Below, piece by piece: positions 50,622-60,854 of a DNA stretch of 64,000 nt. The stretch is from positions 124,001 through 188,000 of the IMG/VR virus record IMGVR_UViG_3300045971_000344; one strand, written 5' to 3'. The translations under genes and the position numbers were made by a program. The notes beneath the pieces were generated by a model. That model was given only the letters and a program-made list of their open reading frames with translations. It ran no database searches and was not told the DNA's origin. Each line of letters opens with the position of its first letter. The first letter of the stretch is position 1.

Positions 50622-52487
50622 CTATATATCTAGTAAAGTTATTTTAATCACTTTCTTACTATTATTTTGAACATCTTCAGTATGGATCTGTTGCTTATAA
50701 GCCTTTCCATTAGAAGAAAGTACATATTTATCTGGGGTTCGGAGTACTAGATTTCCAAAAGGAACATTCTTAAAAAGTATTTTACCTAGAGAATTTGAAA
50801 CCAGTTCATTCCAGCTTATTTTAGATAGTAATACTGATGCTGTAGAAGTAATTCCAGGTACAGGACTATCAGTAGAATCTACTATAGTAACCTCAAGATC
50901 ATAAGTATCCACAATTATAAAGGAGATTAAACCTTCGGCAGACTGCTTACCATCTATAGCTGTAACCGTATAAGTTATCTTATCTGTACCTATAAAATTT
51001 TCAACAGGCTTGTACTTTATTTGTCCATAAAGGTCGATCTCACAAGTATGAGAATGAGCAGAACCATCCGTAGTCCTTGTATATCTAATATTTTGTTGAG
51101 TATCATTCTTCAAGTCATAAAGGAATAGTTTATTCTTAGGTAAAGTTAGATACAAAGGATCAGGTACAGTAACCTGCTTAGATGTGCGCTTTGAAGAACA
51201 CATAGTCCAATAACGAAAGCCTTCTATGCAACCAGTATTACTCATTGTTCCTTTATATTTATTAAGAACAACACTGTTATCTGTCTGAATATCTGCCATT
51301 TTTACATCAATTATATTTGATTGGGCTGCCACACCTGCAGAAGTTAAGCCTAGCATATCCATCCATTGTGTTCCATAAGCATGAGTTGTTGTTGTAAGCC
51401 CAATTGGAAACTGGAGATAAACATAGTCATTTGCACTAATAGAAATTTGCTTAGATAGCGAAAATGAACTTGTAGAGTACTCTGAGTCTCTTGTTATATT
51501 CTTAGGCATAGTAGGTAACCCTAGAATACCTTCTCTTACTACTATTTGGTATAGCTGATTAAACCCTGTAGGTTCATATTTTAAATAACCAGCAGCAATT
51601 TTATTCGGATCTACTATTAAGAATTTATCTAGGTTATTTGCTTTATACGGGCGGTTCAATCCACTGAATAAACAAAACACTGGGTCTGTAAGCTCTAAGT
51701 TAATCTTATTTGTCTTGCACTCAGTTAGTCGTTGTGCGGCAATTACTCTCCCCGGAAGATTGTAGGGACTACGCTGACTATTTATACACAAAACAAACCC
51801 TTGGGGAGCTAAACTTAATTGGTAATTCATGTAGAATACACTGTCGGTAAGTTCAAACCCACTTATCAAGGGATAAATCTCCCCAGGGATATATCGTGTT
51901 AAATTACCGAAGGAATCAAAGCGAGTACTATTGTACTCTCCATTTACCCTAGGCCCTGCTGTAGCTAGTTGAGGATCATATTCTCTATACTCAGGATAAC
52001 GAGTGTTACCTTGACCAGAAGTATACCCGTTTTGTAAGAACGCATGAATATTTACATCATAGTTATTATCAGGAAATACTGTAGTAAGAGTGTCTAAGGT
52101 CTGTATAGTAAAGATGTCCCCAACTATAGTCTGGTCTGTACCAATTATTATTCGTCCGTATTCTTTAATTACTTCATCTTCAAGTACAGGATCACTTGGT
52201 ACACCATTGCCTGCAATTGTAGTTATCTCAACTTTATTTATAAATTCAAGTTCATAATCCGGGTCAAATAGTACAATCCAGTTAGGTACATCCAATTGGA
52301 TTGGGTCTAATAACTGAGGGCACACTAAAGCAACTGGAAATTCAAGTGCGGCGATATCATTTGTGTTATTAGAAAAGGTCCACCCGAAATCTAACATGTC
52401 TTTTACTATCTGAGTAAACATTGACCTAAGGTTAGTAAATTTTTCACCGTGAGTAAATACACAGTTTTCACCTACAGGATAGTCCAT
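50622..52487 (-). CDS. Virion structural protein, paralog family B, with C-terminal Ig-like domains
   Basis: Family-B motifs followed by IKYKPVENFIGTDKITYTVT. Confidence 0.65.
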   Translation of the reverse strand: MDYPVGENCVFTHGEKFTNLRSMFTQIVKDMLDFGWTFSNNTNDIAALEFPVALVCPQLLDPIQLDVPNWIVLFDPDYELEFINKVEITTIAGNGVPSDPVLEDEVIKEYGRIIIGTDQTIVGDIFTIQTLDTLTTVFPDNNYDVNIHAFLQNGYTSGQGNTRYPEYREYDPQLATAGPRVNGEYNSTRFDSFGNLTRYIPGEIYPLISGFELTDSVFYMNYQLSLAPQGFVLCINSQRSPYNLPGRVIAAQRLTECKTNKINLELTDPVFCLFSGLNRPYKANNLDKFLIVDPNKIAAGYLKYEPTGFNQLYQIVVREGILGLPTMPKNITRDSEYSTSSFSLSKQISISANDYVYLQFPIGLTTTTHAYGTQWMDMLGLTSAGVAAQSNIIDVKMADIQTDNSVVLNKYKGTMSNTGCIEGFRYWTMCSSKRTSKQVTVPDPLYLTLPKNKLFLYDLKNDTQQNIRYTRTTDGSAHSHTCEIDLYGQIKYKPVENFIGTDKITYTVTAIDGKQSAEGLISFIIVDTYDLEVTIVDSTDSPVPGITSTASVLLSKISWNELVSNSLGKILFKNVPFGNLVLRTPDKYVLSSNGKAYKQQIHTEDVQNNSKKVIKITLLDI

Positions 52488-52516
52488 AATAACCTCATTT
52501 AATCCTTAATATAAAC

Positions 52517-53404
52517 TTACACTGTTTGCTTTGCTACCAAGGTCCAACCGCAATTACCAAAGGTAGGATCACCACTAACATCTGTAGCAAAAATATCTAA
52601 TTCATCTCCAGGGTTGAATAGAACTTCATTTGAACGAAATGATCCAAAATTTATAGCTGGTGCAAAAATCATCACCCCAAATTGAATTCCATTTTTATAT
52701 AGTCCAAAGTTTACAAAACTTAAAGGACGAGCCTTACAGCGGGCTTGTGAGGCAATAAGATTTTTTGGAAAAGTTATAGGTGTGGCACAAATGAATCTCA
52801 TAAGTAGATCGTTCTGAATAGCTGGCCCAAAGACAGTTCCTGAAATTTCGTACTCAGTATTATTTATACCGACCAACCCACCTATGTTTCCTGTATAAGT
52901 ATACCCCTCAAGATAAATCTTCTCAAGAGAAGTATCTGTCATTGACAGCACTCTAGGAGGTACGCAGTTTACAAAAGTCAATGTTCCAGAGGAATAATCA
53001 AAAATCCATTCATAGTTTGTTGCAAGCGGGTTTAACTTTTGTCCAGTTGTAGGACTGTCTAAGTATAAACGGACCAAATAGTCCTGACCCATACTTGGAG
53101 GTATCCAATTAGTTATTCGGGACCCTAAAGAATCAACTACATACCATCCACGATTTCCAACAACTGTAGTATCTCTCTTTAAGGTAACTGCTTTGGTTCC
53201 TGTTAAGACACCTACAGCTCCAAAAGACTCTGGAGGAGGTACTCTAGGAATTTTATTTGAATCCGCCCATACCTGTTGTCCAAGTAAGATAATACCACTG
53301 TCTGTAGTCTCATTCATTCCATCTTTATTTATGGGGTCTGTATCAGAGGCTACATAAAACAGTTTCTTCCAAAGTATGTCTACTTTCTTGGCATCGCTTA
53401 ACAT
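52517..53404 (-). CDS. Probable virion structural protein
   Basis: 295-aa ORF with EWIFDYSSGTLTF; in the tail cluster. Confidence 0.55.
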   Translation of the reverse strand: MLSDAKKVDILWKKLFYVASDTDPINKDGMNETTDSGIILLGQQVWADSNKIPRVPPPESFGAVGVLTGTKAVTLKRDTTVVGNRGWYVVDSLGSRITNWIPPSMGQDYLVRLYLDSPTTGQKLNPLATNYEWIFDYSSGTLTFVNCVPPRVLSMTDTSLEKIYLEGYTYTGNIGGLVGINNTEYEISGTVFGPAIQNDLLMRFICATPITFPKNLIASQARCKARPLSFVNFGLYKNGIQFGVMIFAPAINFGSFRSNEVLFNPGDELDIFATDVSGDPTFGNCGWTLVAKQTV

Positions 53405-53410
53405 AGACTA

Positions 53411-53956
53411 TCACCATAAGTTCTGTGGATTTAATATCATTCCTTGTATAGTAAATGCTTTTATAATATCTGTTCCTGTCATCTTTACTCTAACTATTAT
53501 ATTATTATTAGTTGCATTAGTACTGCTTAGTTCTCCAAAAGTACAAATATATGATCCTGACTTACCTTCCATGGCTGTACCTACGGCACATCCGTTTATA
53601 TTCCTACCAGTTGCGGGTGTACCGTAGCCATCATAAAGTTTACCCATATCGAGCCACCCATAATCGGTATTGTTCAACAAATGGTCGAGTCCAACGAGCT
53701 TAACAAATGTCCCGCTATAGGTTCCCTCTACTATTATCTTCAACTGAGACACAGCTGACCTACGAATTAACCACGTTATATAGCTCACACCATTTAGAGA
53801 AGCCGCATTAGCTCTAACACACCCAGAAAGAATCTTACAGTCCCATGGTTGTGCCAAATTTTGGTTCCAATCAGATCTAAGTAAAGGCGAAAAATCATCA
53901 GGTGGAAAATCACCATCTGTAGTATGGATTCTATACGCATAGTCAACATAACTCAT
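53411..53956 (-). CDS. Probable virion structural protein
   Basis: 181-aa beta-rich ORF coupled to the hub gene. Confidence 0.5.
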   Translation of the reverse strand: MSYVDYAYRIHTTDGDFPPDDFSPLLRSDWNQNLAQPWDCKILSGCVRANAASLNGVSYITWLIRRSAVSQLKIIVEGTYSGTFVKLVGLDHLLNNTDYGWLDMGKLYDGYGTPATGRNINGCAVGTAMEGKSGSYICTFGELSSTNATNNNIIVRVKMTGTDIIKAFTIQGMILNPQNLW

Positions 53957-55404
53957 ACAGGATCTCCGAGGTCAACAACTTTAACTTTAAATGTACTACT
54001 ATCGCTAGACGCCGTACTACCTGAACCTGTGGTACTATTAATAACTGTAGGTCCAGTTGTACTTGAAGGACTAGTACCAAGAATAGTCTCAGCCGTAGGA
54101 GCATACGTTTTCTCTACAGGAGTTACCACAACTGTTGCTTTATTTGTACCAGCCGTAGGATCTGGAGCTGTTGTAGTTAATACTGGAACATCTTCCAAAC
54201 TATTTTTATTTCTATCAAGGTTTCTAACGCCTTCTGGAGGAGCGTCATTTGACAAATTTAAGGACCCTTGCTTTGGATAGGTATTTCTATATACCTCAAA
54301 AATCTCTGCGTACTTGGTACCCTTAATTATTGTCTTTTTGGCACCTACAATATACTTACCGCTAAAGGCTGTTGGGTTACCTGTGGTTACGTTCAAAATC
54401 CTCAAACTTATTACGTCCAACGGTTCTACATTTGTTACTCTATCAACTAAAAAGACAAATCTCTGACTGAATAAACTTAAAATACGTAGGTTGTGATGAT
54501 AAGCTTTCCAATAATAAGGGTGCGTATTACCTGCGTCCTGAATGGTATACTCTTTACGTGAGGTCTTTATTGAGCTACAAACATCTTTATTTATTACCGC
54601 AGATCCCCCGCAGGAAGATGTTAAGGTAGTTGAACTATAGCTTTCAGTAGAACCGTTCAAGAAGTCTTCTATAATGGTGTACCCATAGTTAAGCCAAGCG
54701 TTCATGAAACCCGCGCTACTGCTTGGTGCGTATTCTCTTAATAAATAAACGGTCTCAAACCCAGAAGTAGGGCTATCATCATGAGAGTTGAACTCGGCTA
54801 CGGCTTCACCGTTTAAGGCTCCTATTATATCTTTATATATCAAGTTACCATTTGCTGAAAGAGCTAAACACATACAGCCATTTTGATAATAACTATGCTG
54901 TACTACCTTCTTTGCGAAGATGGCTAGGTTATCATTTAGATTAAGCCACGTCTGATTGTCCAAACAATTTTGGGTCCCTATGAAGTCCAACCCACAGTGA
55001 TTTGCTATCTGTGATAAGACGTAAGTGCTATTTCCTTTATAGGCCTTTGCTGTAATAGCCGTAGTATACTTTGGGTTATCGTACATAGCATTTATTTTGT
55101 ACTTAAAGCCATTCTGGAATTGATTTGCTGCCCAGTTAAATAATCGGAAATCAAAACTACAATTTTCCTTTAGGTCTTGCATTGAGGTTCCTACAGATAT
55201 AGTAAACCTATTTGAATCTGTAAGAGGAAACTCATCGCATAAGATAGCGTGTTCATCATTCAGGACGGCCGACATAACAGGTATACCAGCTACGTTCTCT
55301 ATTATAGTCAACTCGGACACAAAATTAGGAATGTTGGCCGGAATATTTTTTCCATCTATTTTTATGTCCGCATAAAGTTGTGAATCCAAAGATATTATAG
55401 ACAT
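53953..55404 (-). CDS. Baseplate hub protein (gp27/Mu gp44-like) with Thr/Ser/Pro-rich tail
   Basis: Position after the LysM-like gene; LTIIENV...P...L.D, SQIA..CGL, SGKYIV motifs. Confidence 0.65.
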   Translation of the reverse strand: MSIISLDSQLYADIKIDGKNIPANIPNFVSELTIIENVAGIPVMSAVLNDEHAILCDEFPLTDSNRFTISVGTSMQDLKENCSFDFRLFNWAANQFQNGFKYKINAMYDNPKYTTAITAKAYKGNSTYVLSQIANHCGLDFIGTQNCLDNQTWLNLNDNLAIFAKKVVQHSYYQNGCMCLALSANGNLIYKDIIGALNGEAVAEFNSHDDSPTSGFETVYLLREYAPSSSAGFMNAWLNYGYTIIEDFLNGSTESYSSTTLTSSCGGSAVINKDVCSSIKTSRKEYTIQDAGNTHPYYWKAYHHNLRILSLFSQRFVFLVDRVTNVEPLDVISLRILNVTTGNPTAFSGKYIVGAKKTIIKGTKYAEIFEVYRNTYPKQGSLNLSNDAPPEGVRNLDRNKNSLEDVPVLTTTAPDPTAGTNKATVVVTPVEKTYAPTAETILGTSPSSTTGPTVINSTTGSGSTASSDSSTFKVKVVDLGDPV

Positions 55405-55412
55405 AGTGTTTC

Positions 55413-55748
55413 CTAAGGTAAGAACAAGGTCTTTGTTGAGACCGTTGTAGTTGAATCAGTTAAGAGCGCATTTAGGTCTCTAAGTACAGGAATCTTTATG
55501 GTTGTCCCTCCAACTAAATCCATTGGACTCAAGAGTTTATTGTAGTCCAATACCACCCAGTACAGCTCAGAGGTACCAAAAAAGATTGCAGACACTTTAT
55601 CTGGCCTATACGCATTATAATTTGGAACAACATAAGTTGTAAACATCGGTAGTTTAGTCAATTTATCTATTAACTTATCGGATAGAGGGTCATTACCTTT
55701 ATTGTAGATCAAGTAAGTATTTCTATCATGAAGAGTTGACGTAATCAT
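55413..55748 (-). CDS. Baseplate gp53/LysM-like (tail X) protein
   Basis: YRPDKVS..FFG..ELYWVVL.YN.L..P.DL..G..IKIP. Confidence 0.85.
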   Translation of the reverse strand: MITSTLHDRNTYLIYNKGNDPLSDKLIDKLTKLPMFTTYVVPNYNAYRPDKVSAIFFGTSELYWVVLDYNKLLSPMDLVGGTTIKIPVLRDLNALLTDSTTTVSTKTLFLP

Positions 55749-56482
55749 TTTGGTTTACCTGCCTCAATATTTCTATCAGTAAGCTGAAACATCGGGTCAA
55801 CATCTTCAACTGTAACTGCATAGACCGAACGGACCGAGACGTCCACCTTTGCAGACAGGGGCTTTCCATTGGCGTCAAACATAGAGTCATAGGTCTTGCT
55901 CACGGACATTATAACACAACGCTCGAGCCGAAAGAAGTTTCCAAACTGTACTGTTACCGGGCTATTAATTTGTGCTGCCGTTTTAGGACTACCGGTCAAT
56001 CCATTTCCATTATCACCAAAAAACAAGGGTGGACTATAAGGCGCTGACATTCCGACACCAAAACCCATGGCTGTTGTTTCACTAGGTAAGGCCCATTTCA
56101 TTATGTTTCTAATAGGTTTTAGTAATTCAGAATTTACATCGCGTTCAACCTTAAAAACAAAAGGAATAGTTACATCCATTGGACTAGTACCTTGCCAAAT
56201 ATTAGCACTCAATGTTTTATTTTGAGGCCGATAACCCATGGCTGATCCAATGTTAGCTATTTTTTCACCTATACTTCCTGTCATGTCCTGAAACAGGTTA
56301 GCAAATTGAGGGCTCCAGTCAACTGAAAGATTTATATTCCAGTTGTCAGGCATAGGCGTACTTATTGCATTTTCCCATTCACCTTTATACATCCAAATTC
56401 TATAGTACGGGTTAGTTACCCCGTCATTGGTTGATGAAGGGTCTGATAACCATTCAGCTCTTCCGCTCCAGGTTAATGCCAT
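55745..56482 (-). CDS. Tail tube initiator/baseplate-tube junction protein (gp48/gp54-like)
   Basis: W.GTSP...IPF, P.TVQFG.FF....CVI.SVS..YD...G.PLSA.V.V tube-like fold; lies after the tape-measure-like gene. Confidence 0.7.
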   Translation of the reverse strand: MALTWSGRAEWLSDPSSTNDGVTNPYYRIWMYKGEWENAISTPMPDNWNINLSVDWSPQFANLFQDMTGSIGEKIANIGSAMGYRPQNKTLSANIWQGTSPMDVTIPFVFKVERDVNSELLKPIRNIMKWALPSETTAMGFGVGMSAPYSPPLFFGDNGNGLTGSPKTAAQINSPVTVQFGNFFRLERCVIMSVSKTYDSMFDANGKPLSAKVDVSVRSVYAVTVEDVDPMFQLTDRNIEAGKPK

Positions 56483-56484
56483 GA

Positions 56485-59196
56485 CTATACTACCCCCAAG
56501 ATTACTAAATTCAAGCCCGCATCATCCATCATGAAGATTCCATCCGTGGATAGCCTAGGCTGTTGTGCAACCTGAGAATTGCCTTCGCTACCTTTAGACT
56601 CAGCTTTTTCAGCAGGTACCGATCTCTGGTCCTGATAAACAGGGTCCAAGGGTGTTCTATTAACTATAGGTCCAGTATCGGCCACCCTCTTAGCGGAAGT
56701 AAAGGTATTTTTTATTGAATTAGATACGTTTCCTACTACTTCGCGTCCGCTATCCAATACGCTTCCACCAAAGGTCTTTGCGTTATCCAATAACGAGTTG
56801 AACACATTGGTCGGTCGTTGTATTCCAGGCAAGGAAGCAATTGGAGAGGCCTTACTTGAAGTACCTTGTTGACGTGCAACCATAGTATTAGCTTCAGGAA
56901 TAGCAGAGGTCTTTGTGGATCCTGCAGAAGAAACTGGTACGGCAGAAGCTAAATCTGGAGTAGTGACTGCCTGTTGTCCTAGGGTAGGAGTACTGGCCGT
57001 AGGTATCGACTCTTTATTATTTACAGTTAATCCTTGTGAAGCAACCACTGAGGTAGCTGTTTCTTTTTTATCTTCAGCTGTCTTGGTTGCAACAATAGGC
57101 GACGAAGATGCAGAAGAAGCTTGTGCGCTAGCCGCTTCACTCTTTTTTATTTCAGTCGCAGCAACATTTGCTCCAGAAGGAACTCCACTGGAAGTTTTTT
57201 CTTCGTCCTTGTTTAACTTAGCAAGCTCTGTCTGAGTTTTCTTTGGGTCTCCCCCGGAGCCTAACATCGCTGCAGCTACCTTTTTGCTATCTTCAGCTCC
57301 ACCTGCACCTCGTCCACCACCAACAAAGGTCTTTTGGTGATAAGGGTCATCAGCCGGATACACACCAGAAGGACGTTTAGTACTTCCGGTATGAAACATT
57401 TTTACTTTTCCATCCTTAGGATCCTTACCTAAGAATAAACCTACGTGAGTTATATACCTCCCAGTTCCTTTCTTTCCTTTTTTCCCGCCCGTTACATCTG
57501 GATCATGAAAAAACATAAGGTCGCCGGGCTGTAAAGATTTATAAGGGATATGCTTTCCACCACTTATCTTTTGGGTTTGGTCAAATTGCTGTTGCGCGGT
57601 ACCACTAACGCCTTTTATTCCTGCTTCTTGATAGACCTTAGTGGTCAATGAGCTACAATCAAGCGCACCTTTTTCTTTATCACCCTGATTTTGTGAGTAC
57701 GCGCGTCCGCTATACTTATCAATGGCCCCACCTCCTCCACTAAATCCAGAAGCAGGAGCACCAGATTGGAGCATAGTAGGACTAACATGCGCTTGTAACA
57801 TTGGTGGAGAACCACCACCTCCAGGTGTATCTGTTGCGCCCGGAGTGGTGGTACCAGAAGGAGTTTGTCCTGGCGCAGGTGCGGGTTGTTGACCTTTATC
57901 CCCAAACCCAAAGAATTTCTTTATGGATCCTGCTAAATTTGAGAACAGACGAGAGAACAACCCAGAAGGTGAGTATGCGGTCTCGGTTGTCTTGTTCAGT
58001 TTCTTTATATCTTCGGCTTGCCTTTCAGCTATAGACCTATCATCTTCAGCTGCTTCTCTTTGCTCTTTTTGCCAATCAATTTCGTTAGAAGACTTAACGT
58101 TATGACTAGGTAAAGCCAAAGGAGTGGTCGCCCCAACAGAGGCTTTTACGATTCCTTTGTTCTCAATAACAGGAACACTAGGTACACTGGCTTGTACCGT
58201 GCTTTTAGCAACCACAGGTATAGCTGGAACAGAAGTATTTGTTTCAATTTCTTTTACAGACCCTTTTTGTTCTACTAGTGTACTAACAGGGGGAGTAATG
58301 GTTGCTTGCTTTTTAGCTTCATTCTTTGCTCTTAATTCGGCAAGTTTCTTAGCGTTCGCTTCATCGCGTACCTTAGCTTCCTTAGCGGAAATTCCTCCAG
58401 AAAACATAGTGGAAGCATTGGCGGCAACTTCCATTGTATCGTCTATACCTTTACCTGCCCATTTAAGCGGGTTCCAATTAGACCTTGAATCAGTACCATT
58501 TTCTATGTCTTCTTTTGACTTTACTAGGCCGAGCCTTCGAGCTAAATCGTTTTGGTGAGACCTTCCTTCGGTAACAGCTTTGTATGTTCCGTGTAAGCCA
58601 TACCCTGCGGCAGCACCAGCACCCAGTGTTGCTGCTCCAAGTACTGCACCTCCTCCTGACAAACCACCCAGAGTAGAAAGCCCTGCATTAGCTAAACCTA
58701 GTCCTGCCCGACCATAACCTAATATGGATTTACCAAGCCCTCTAGCTCCTTTTGCTAGTTTACCCCCAAGTCCATGACCTATTGCTTCACCAGCGATTTC
58801 AGTACCAAGTCCACCACCGCCATTAAGACTAATCTTCTTAATGACCTTGATTAATTTATCGAGCTTTTCATTGGTGAAGCGTTGTTGCTTAATCATTTTA
58901 CTAAAGCCCGTATCCATTGTTTCTTGGGACTTGACTCGTGCTTCCTTTTCTCTTCCCTTTTCGGTCTTTGCTTCTTTATCTTTGTTTGCCTGAGTACGGC
59001 GTGCCCATTCAGCTTCTCCCAGCATCTTCGCCAAGTAACGGCGTGTATCGGACTTTCCATAAGCTGAAGGAAGGACCTTGGCTAAGCCATGACTTTTTTC
59101 AAGAATACTATCCTTAACATCGGACTTTACTTCCTTAAATTTCTTAAAAGCATGGCCCTTTACATCAGACAAAATGTTTGAGAACAGCTTATTCAT
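56485..59196 (-). CDS. Tape-measure-like/tail-associated protein with NlpC/P60 peptidoglycan hydrolase domain
   Basis: Helical and Gly/Ala-rich N-terminus; LDCSSL...GTAQQQF...LQPGDLMFF...ITHVGLF...FHTGS catalytic C-H-H. Confidence 0.8.
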   Translation of the reverse strand: MNKLFSNILSDVKGHAFKKFKEVKSDVKDSILEKSHGLAKVLPSAYGKSDTRRYLAKMLGEAEWARRTQANKDKEAKTEKGREKEARVKSQETMDTGFSKMIKQQRFTNEKLDKLIKVIKKISLNGGGGLGTEIAGEAIGHGLGGKLAKGARGLGKSILGYGRAGLGLANAGLSTLGGLSGGGAVLGAATLGAGAAAGYGLHGTYKAVTEGRSHQNDLARRLGLVKSKEDIENGTDSRSNWNPLKWAGKGIDDTMEVAANASTMFSGGISAKEAKVRDEANAKKLAELRAKNEAKKQATITPPVSTLVEQKGSVKEIETNTSVPAIPVVAKSTVQASVPSVPVIENKGIVKASVGATTPLALPSHNVKSSNEIDWQKEQREAAEDDRSIAERQAEDIKKLNKTTETAYSPSGLFSRLFSNLAGSIKKFFGFGDKGQQPAPAPGQTPSGTTTPGATDTPGGGGSPPMLQAHVSPTMLQSGAPASGFSGGGGAIDKYSGRAYSQNQGDKEKGALDCSSLTTKVYQEAGIKGVSGTAQQQFDQTQKISGGKHIPYKSLQPGDLMFFHDPDVTGGKKGKKGTGRYITHVGLFLGKDPKDGKVKMFHTGSTKRPSGVYPADDPYHQKTFVGGGRGAGGAEDSKKVAAAMLGSGGDPKKTQTELAKLNKDEEKTSSGVPSGANVAATEIKKSEAASAQASSASSSPIVATKTAEDKKETATSVVASQGLTVNNKESIPTASTPTLGQQAVTTPDLASAVPVSSAGSTKTSAIPEANTMVARQQGTSSKASPIASLPGIQRPTNVFNSLLDNAKTFGGSVLDSGREVVGNVSNSIKNTFTSAKRVADTGPIVNRTPLDPVYQDQRSVPAEKAESKGSEGNSQVAQQPRLSTDGIFMMDDAGLNLVILGVV

Positions 59197-59205
59197 GGCT
59201 CAACC

Positions 59206-59334
59206 TCACCGCATCAATCTATTACCGGAAGTGTCTTCTCTATACTTACTATGAAAATAGAGTATCTTCATAAGACTCATATTATCATCTGGGGGCATCC
59301 CACCCTTAATAGCCAAGTTCCATTGAATGTCCAT
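59206..59334 (-). CDS. Small tail chaperone partner ORF (42 aa), possibly made as a +1 frameshift extension of 59354..60250
   Basis: MDIQWNLAIKGGMPPDDNMSLMKILYFHSKYREDTSGNRLMR. The frame is open upstream through the TAG of the preceding gene, and there is no clear SD. Confidence 0.6.
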   Translation of the reverse strand: MDIQWNLAIKGGMPPDDNMSLMKILYFHSKYREDTSGNRLMR

Positions 59335-59353
59335 TAGCTGTTGTACGCTCAAG

Positions 59354-60250
59354 CTAGGGAAAGAAGGTTAGATAATCTACTCTTAACCTTCTTTTTGTTA
59401 CACCTCCGCACTCCTCGCATTGAACATCTAGCGATTCTGATACACCAAAATCTGGTATTTCATCAATTGCAGCCTCAAGTTTTTCCTGAAAAGCCAAATC
59501 ACTACTATCTTTTAAGATCTGCAATTTCTCTTGAGCGGTTAATCCCTGGTCTATCCATTGTGCAATATTCATCAAGTAAATATCACCCAAAATATCATCC
59601 CTAGATTGCTCATAATTGAGGTCATTCTCGTCCAACCCTTCAAGAGCTTTCTTTAAGGACCAAACTTCGTTAAAGATTCCCATGGTAGGAAAAGTCATCC
59701 CTTTTGGGACTTTGTAGTTTTGGTCTAGATAGACAACGTTCATATTTGAACGATTTATGACTGTAATATTTTCTTTCATACAACTACCCGAAGGTGTTTC
59801 AATGTCTTCATACTCAAGAGCATTATCACAAGTCCAAGTTACGCTAAAAGGCTTAGAAGGATAGCTATTCAGACGTAACCAATAAAGGATGAACTCGAAA
59901 TCCTCAATTATTAGTCGGGAAATAGGTTGACTAAGACACGCGTCTATAGCTGACACTAGGTACATTAAGTTTCCACTTACGCGAGCCATGTGGAGCAATC
60001 GAGCTTCATTTGGTGTAAATGGACGAACCCAGAGTTCCTTAAAGTCATAAAAACTATAGTTAGACGGAATATCAGACATTAAGACATAACGCCCGTCATT
60101 GGTAAAGTTCTTTACTTCAACTTGAGTGATAACAGGTTGTTGTAAGTGTACCTCTTCAGTTTTACTTTGTTCTTCTTGAGGGGCATCCACAAATCCGGAT
60201 ACTCTCTGTTTTGGGCGAAGCTGTGTCTTGGTGGGCTTTATTACATTCAT
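59354..60250 (-). CDS. Baseplate hub/tail assembly chaperone (T4 gp26-like)
   Basis: VRPFT..E..LL, DFEFILYWLRLNSY, WTC...C, CEECG...LTFFP. Confidence 0.75.
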   Translation of the reverse strand: MNVIKPTKTQLRPKQRVSGFVDAPQEEQSKTEEVHLQQPVITQVEVKNFTNDGRYVLMSDIPSNYSFYDFKELWVRPFTPNEARLLHMARVSGNLMYLVSAIDACLSQPISRLIIEDFEFILYWLRLNSYPSKPFSVTWTCDNALEYEDIETPSGSCMKENITVINRSNMNVVYLDQNYKVPKGMTFPTMGIFNEVWSLKKALEGLDENDLNYEQSRDDILGDIYLMNIAQWIDQGLTAQEKLQILKDSSDLAFQEKLEAAIDEIPDFGVSESLDVQCEECGGVTKRRLRVDYLTFFP

Positions 60251-60281
60251 CTTTACTCCCTCTCAATGGTCTCACGGTTAT

Positions 60282-60839
60282 TTACATCCACGTCCAATCA
60301 ACTTTATTTACAGAAAATGATACTTGTAATACCGTCCTACTTACTTCTCCACCACTCATAGTTAGATTCGTTACTTGTGTAGGAAATACTCCACTAAAAG
60401 TACCTTTACCATGAGGTTCATTTTGCTGGTCCAACAAGTGAACCTCAAAGGTGGTCTGATAGTCCGCGGCAGGACTATAAGCACCTATCAATTCTCCTTT
60501 AGTAATAACAATCAACTCTTGCCATGCCATAAATCCCTTTATGGCATTACAATACTGGTCTTCATAAAAGTTAGCATTGAAACTGTTAAAGGTTCCAAAG
60601 CCGGCATAATACCGGTTTGTTGCCATAATATGGCGACTCTCAACGTTAAATGTCTTAAAGGGGATATCAAGGGATTCAGTTCTATTTTGGAAGAAGTTTT
60701 CGGGGAATAGTGTACTTATATTGGTGAGTTTTGTTGTACCTACAGAACCTACTGACTGGATCACGTAGTTATGTGACATGAGTGGTTCTGGTAATCCAAG
60801 AACAGTATCTAAATTAGGTCTCAATGATGCCATACGCAT
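60282..60839 (-). CDS. Tail tube-fold protein (second copy)
   Basis: F.ANFYED...F..WQ...Y......LLDQ......FSGVFPT.V......V.FS. Confidence 0.75.
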   Translation of the reverse strand: MRMASLRPNLDTVLGLPEPLMSHNYVIQSVGSVGTTKLTNISTLFPENFFQNRTESLDIPFKTFNVESRHIMATNRYYAGFGTFNSFNANFYEDQYCNAIKGFMAWQELIVITKGELIGAYSPAADYQTTFEVHLLDQQNEPHGKGTFSGVFPTQVTNLTMSGGEVSRTVLQVSFSVNKVDWTWM

Positions 60840-60854
60840 GACCTCGGAAGTATT

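Noticed and set aside
13129-57911. Short minus-strand ORFs 13129..13314, 16802..16990 and 57645..57911
   Set aside because: They are out-of-frame ORFs nested in or straddling well-supported genes, with no SD or motif support.
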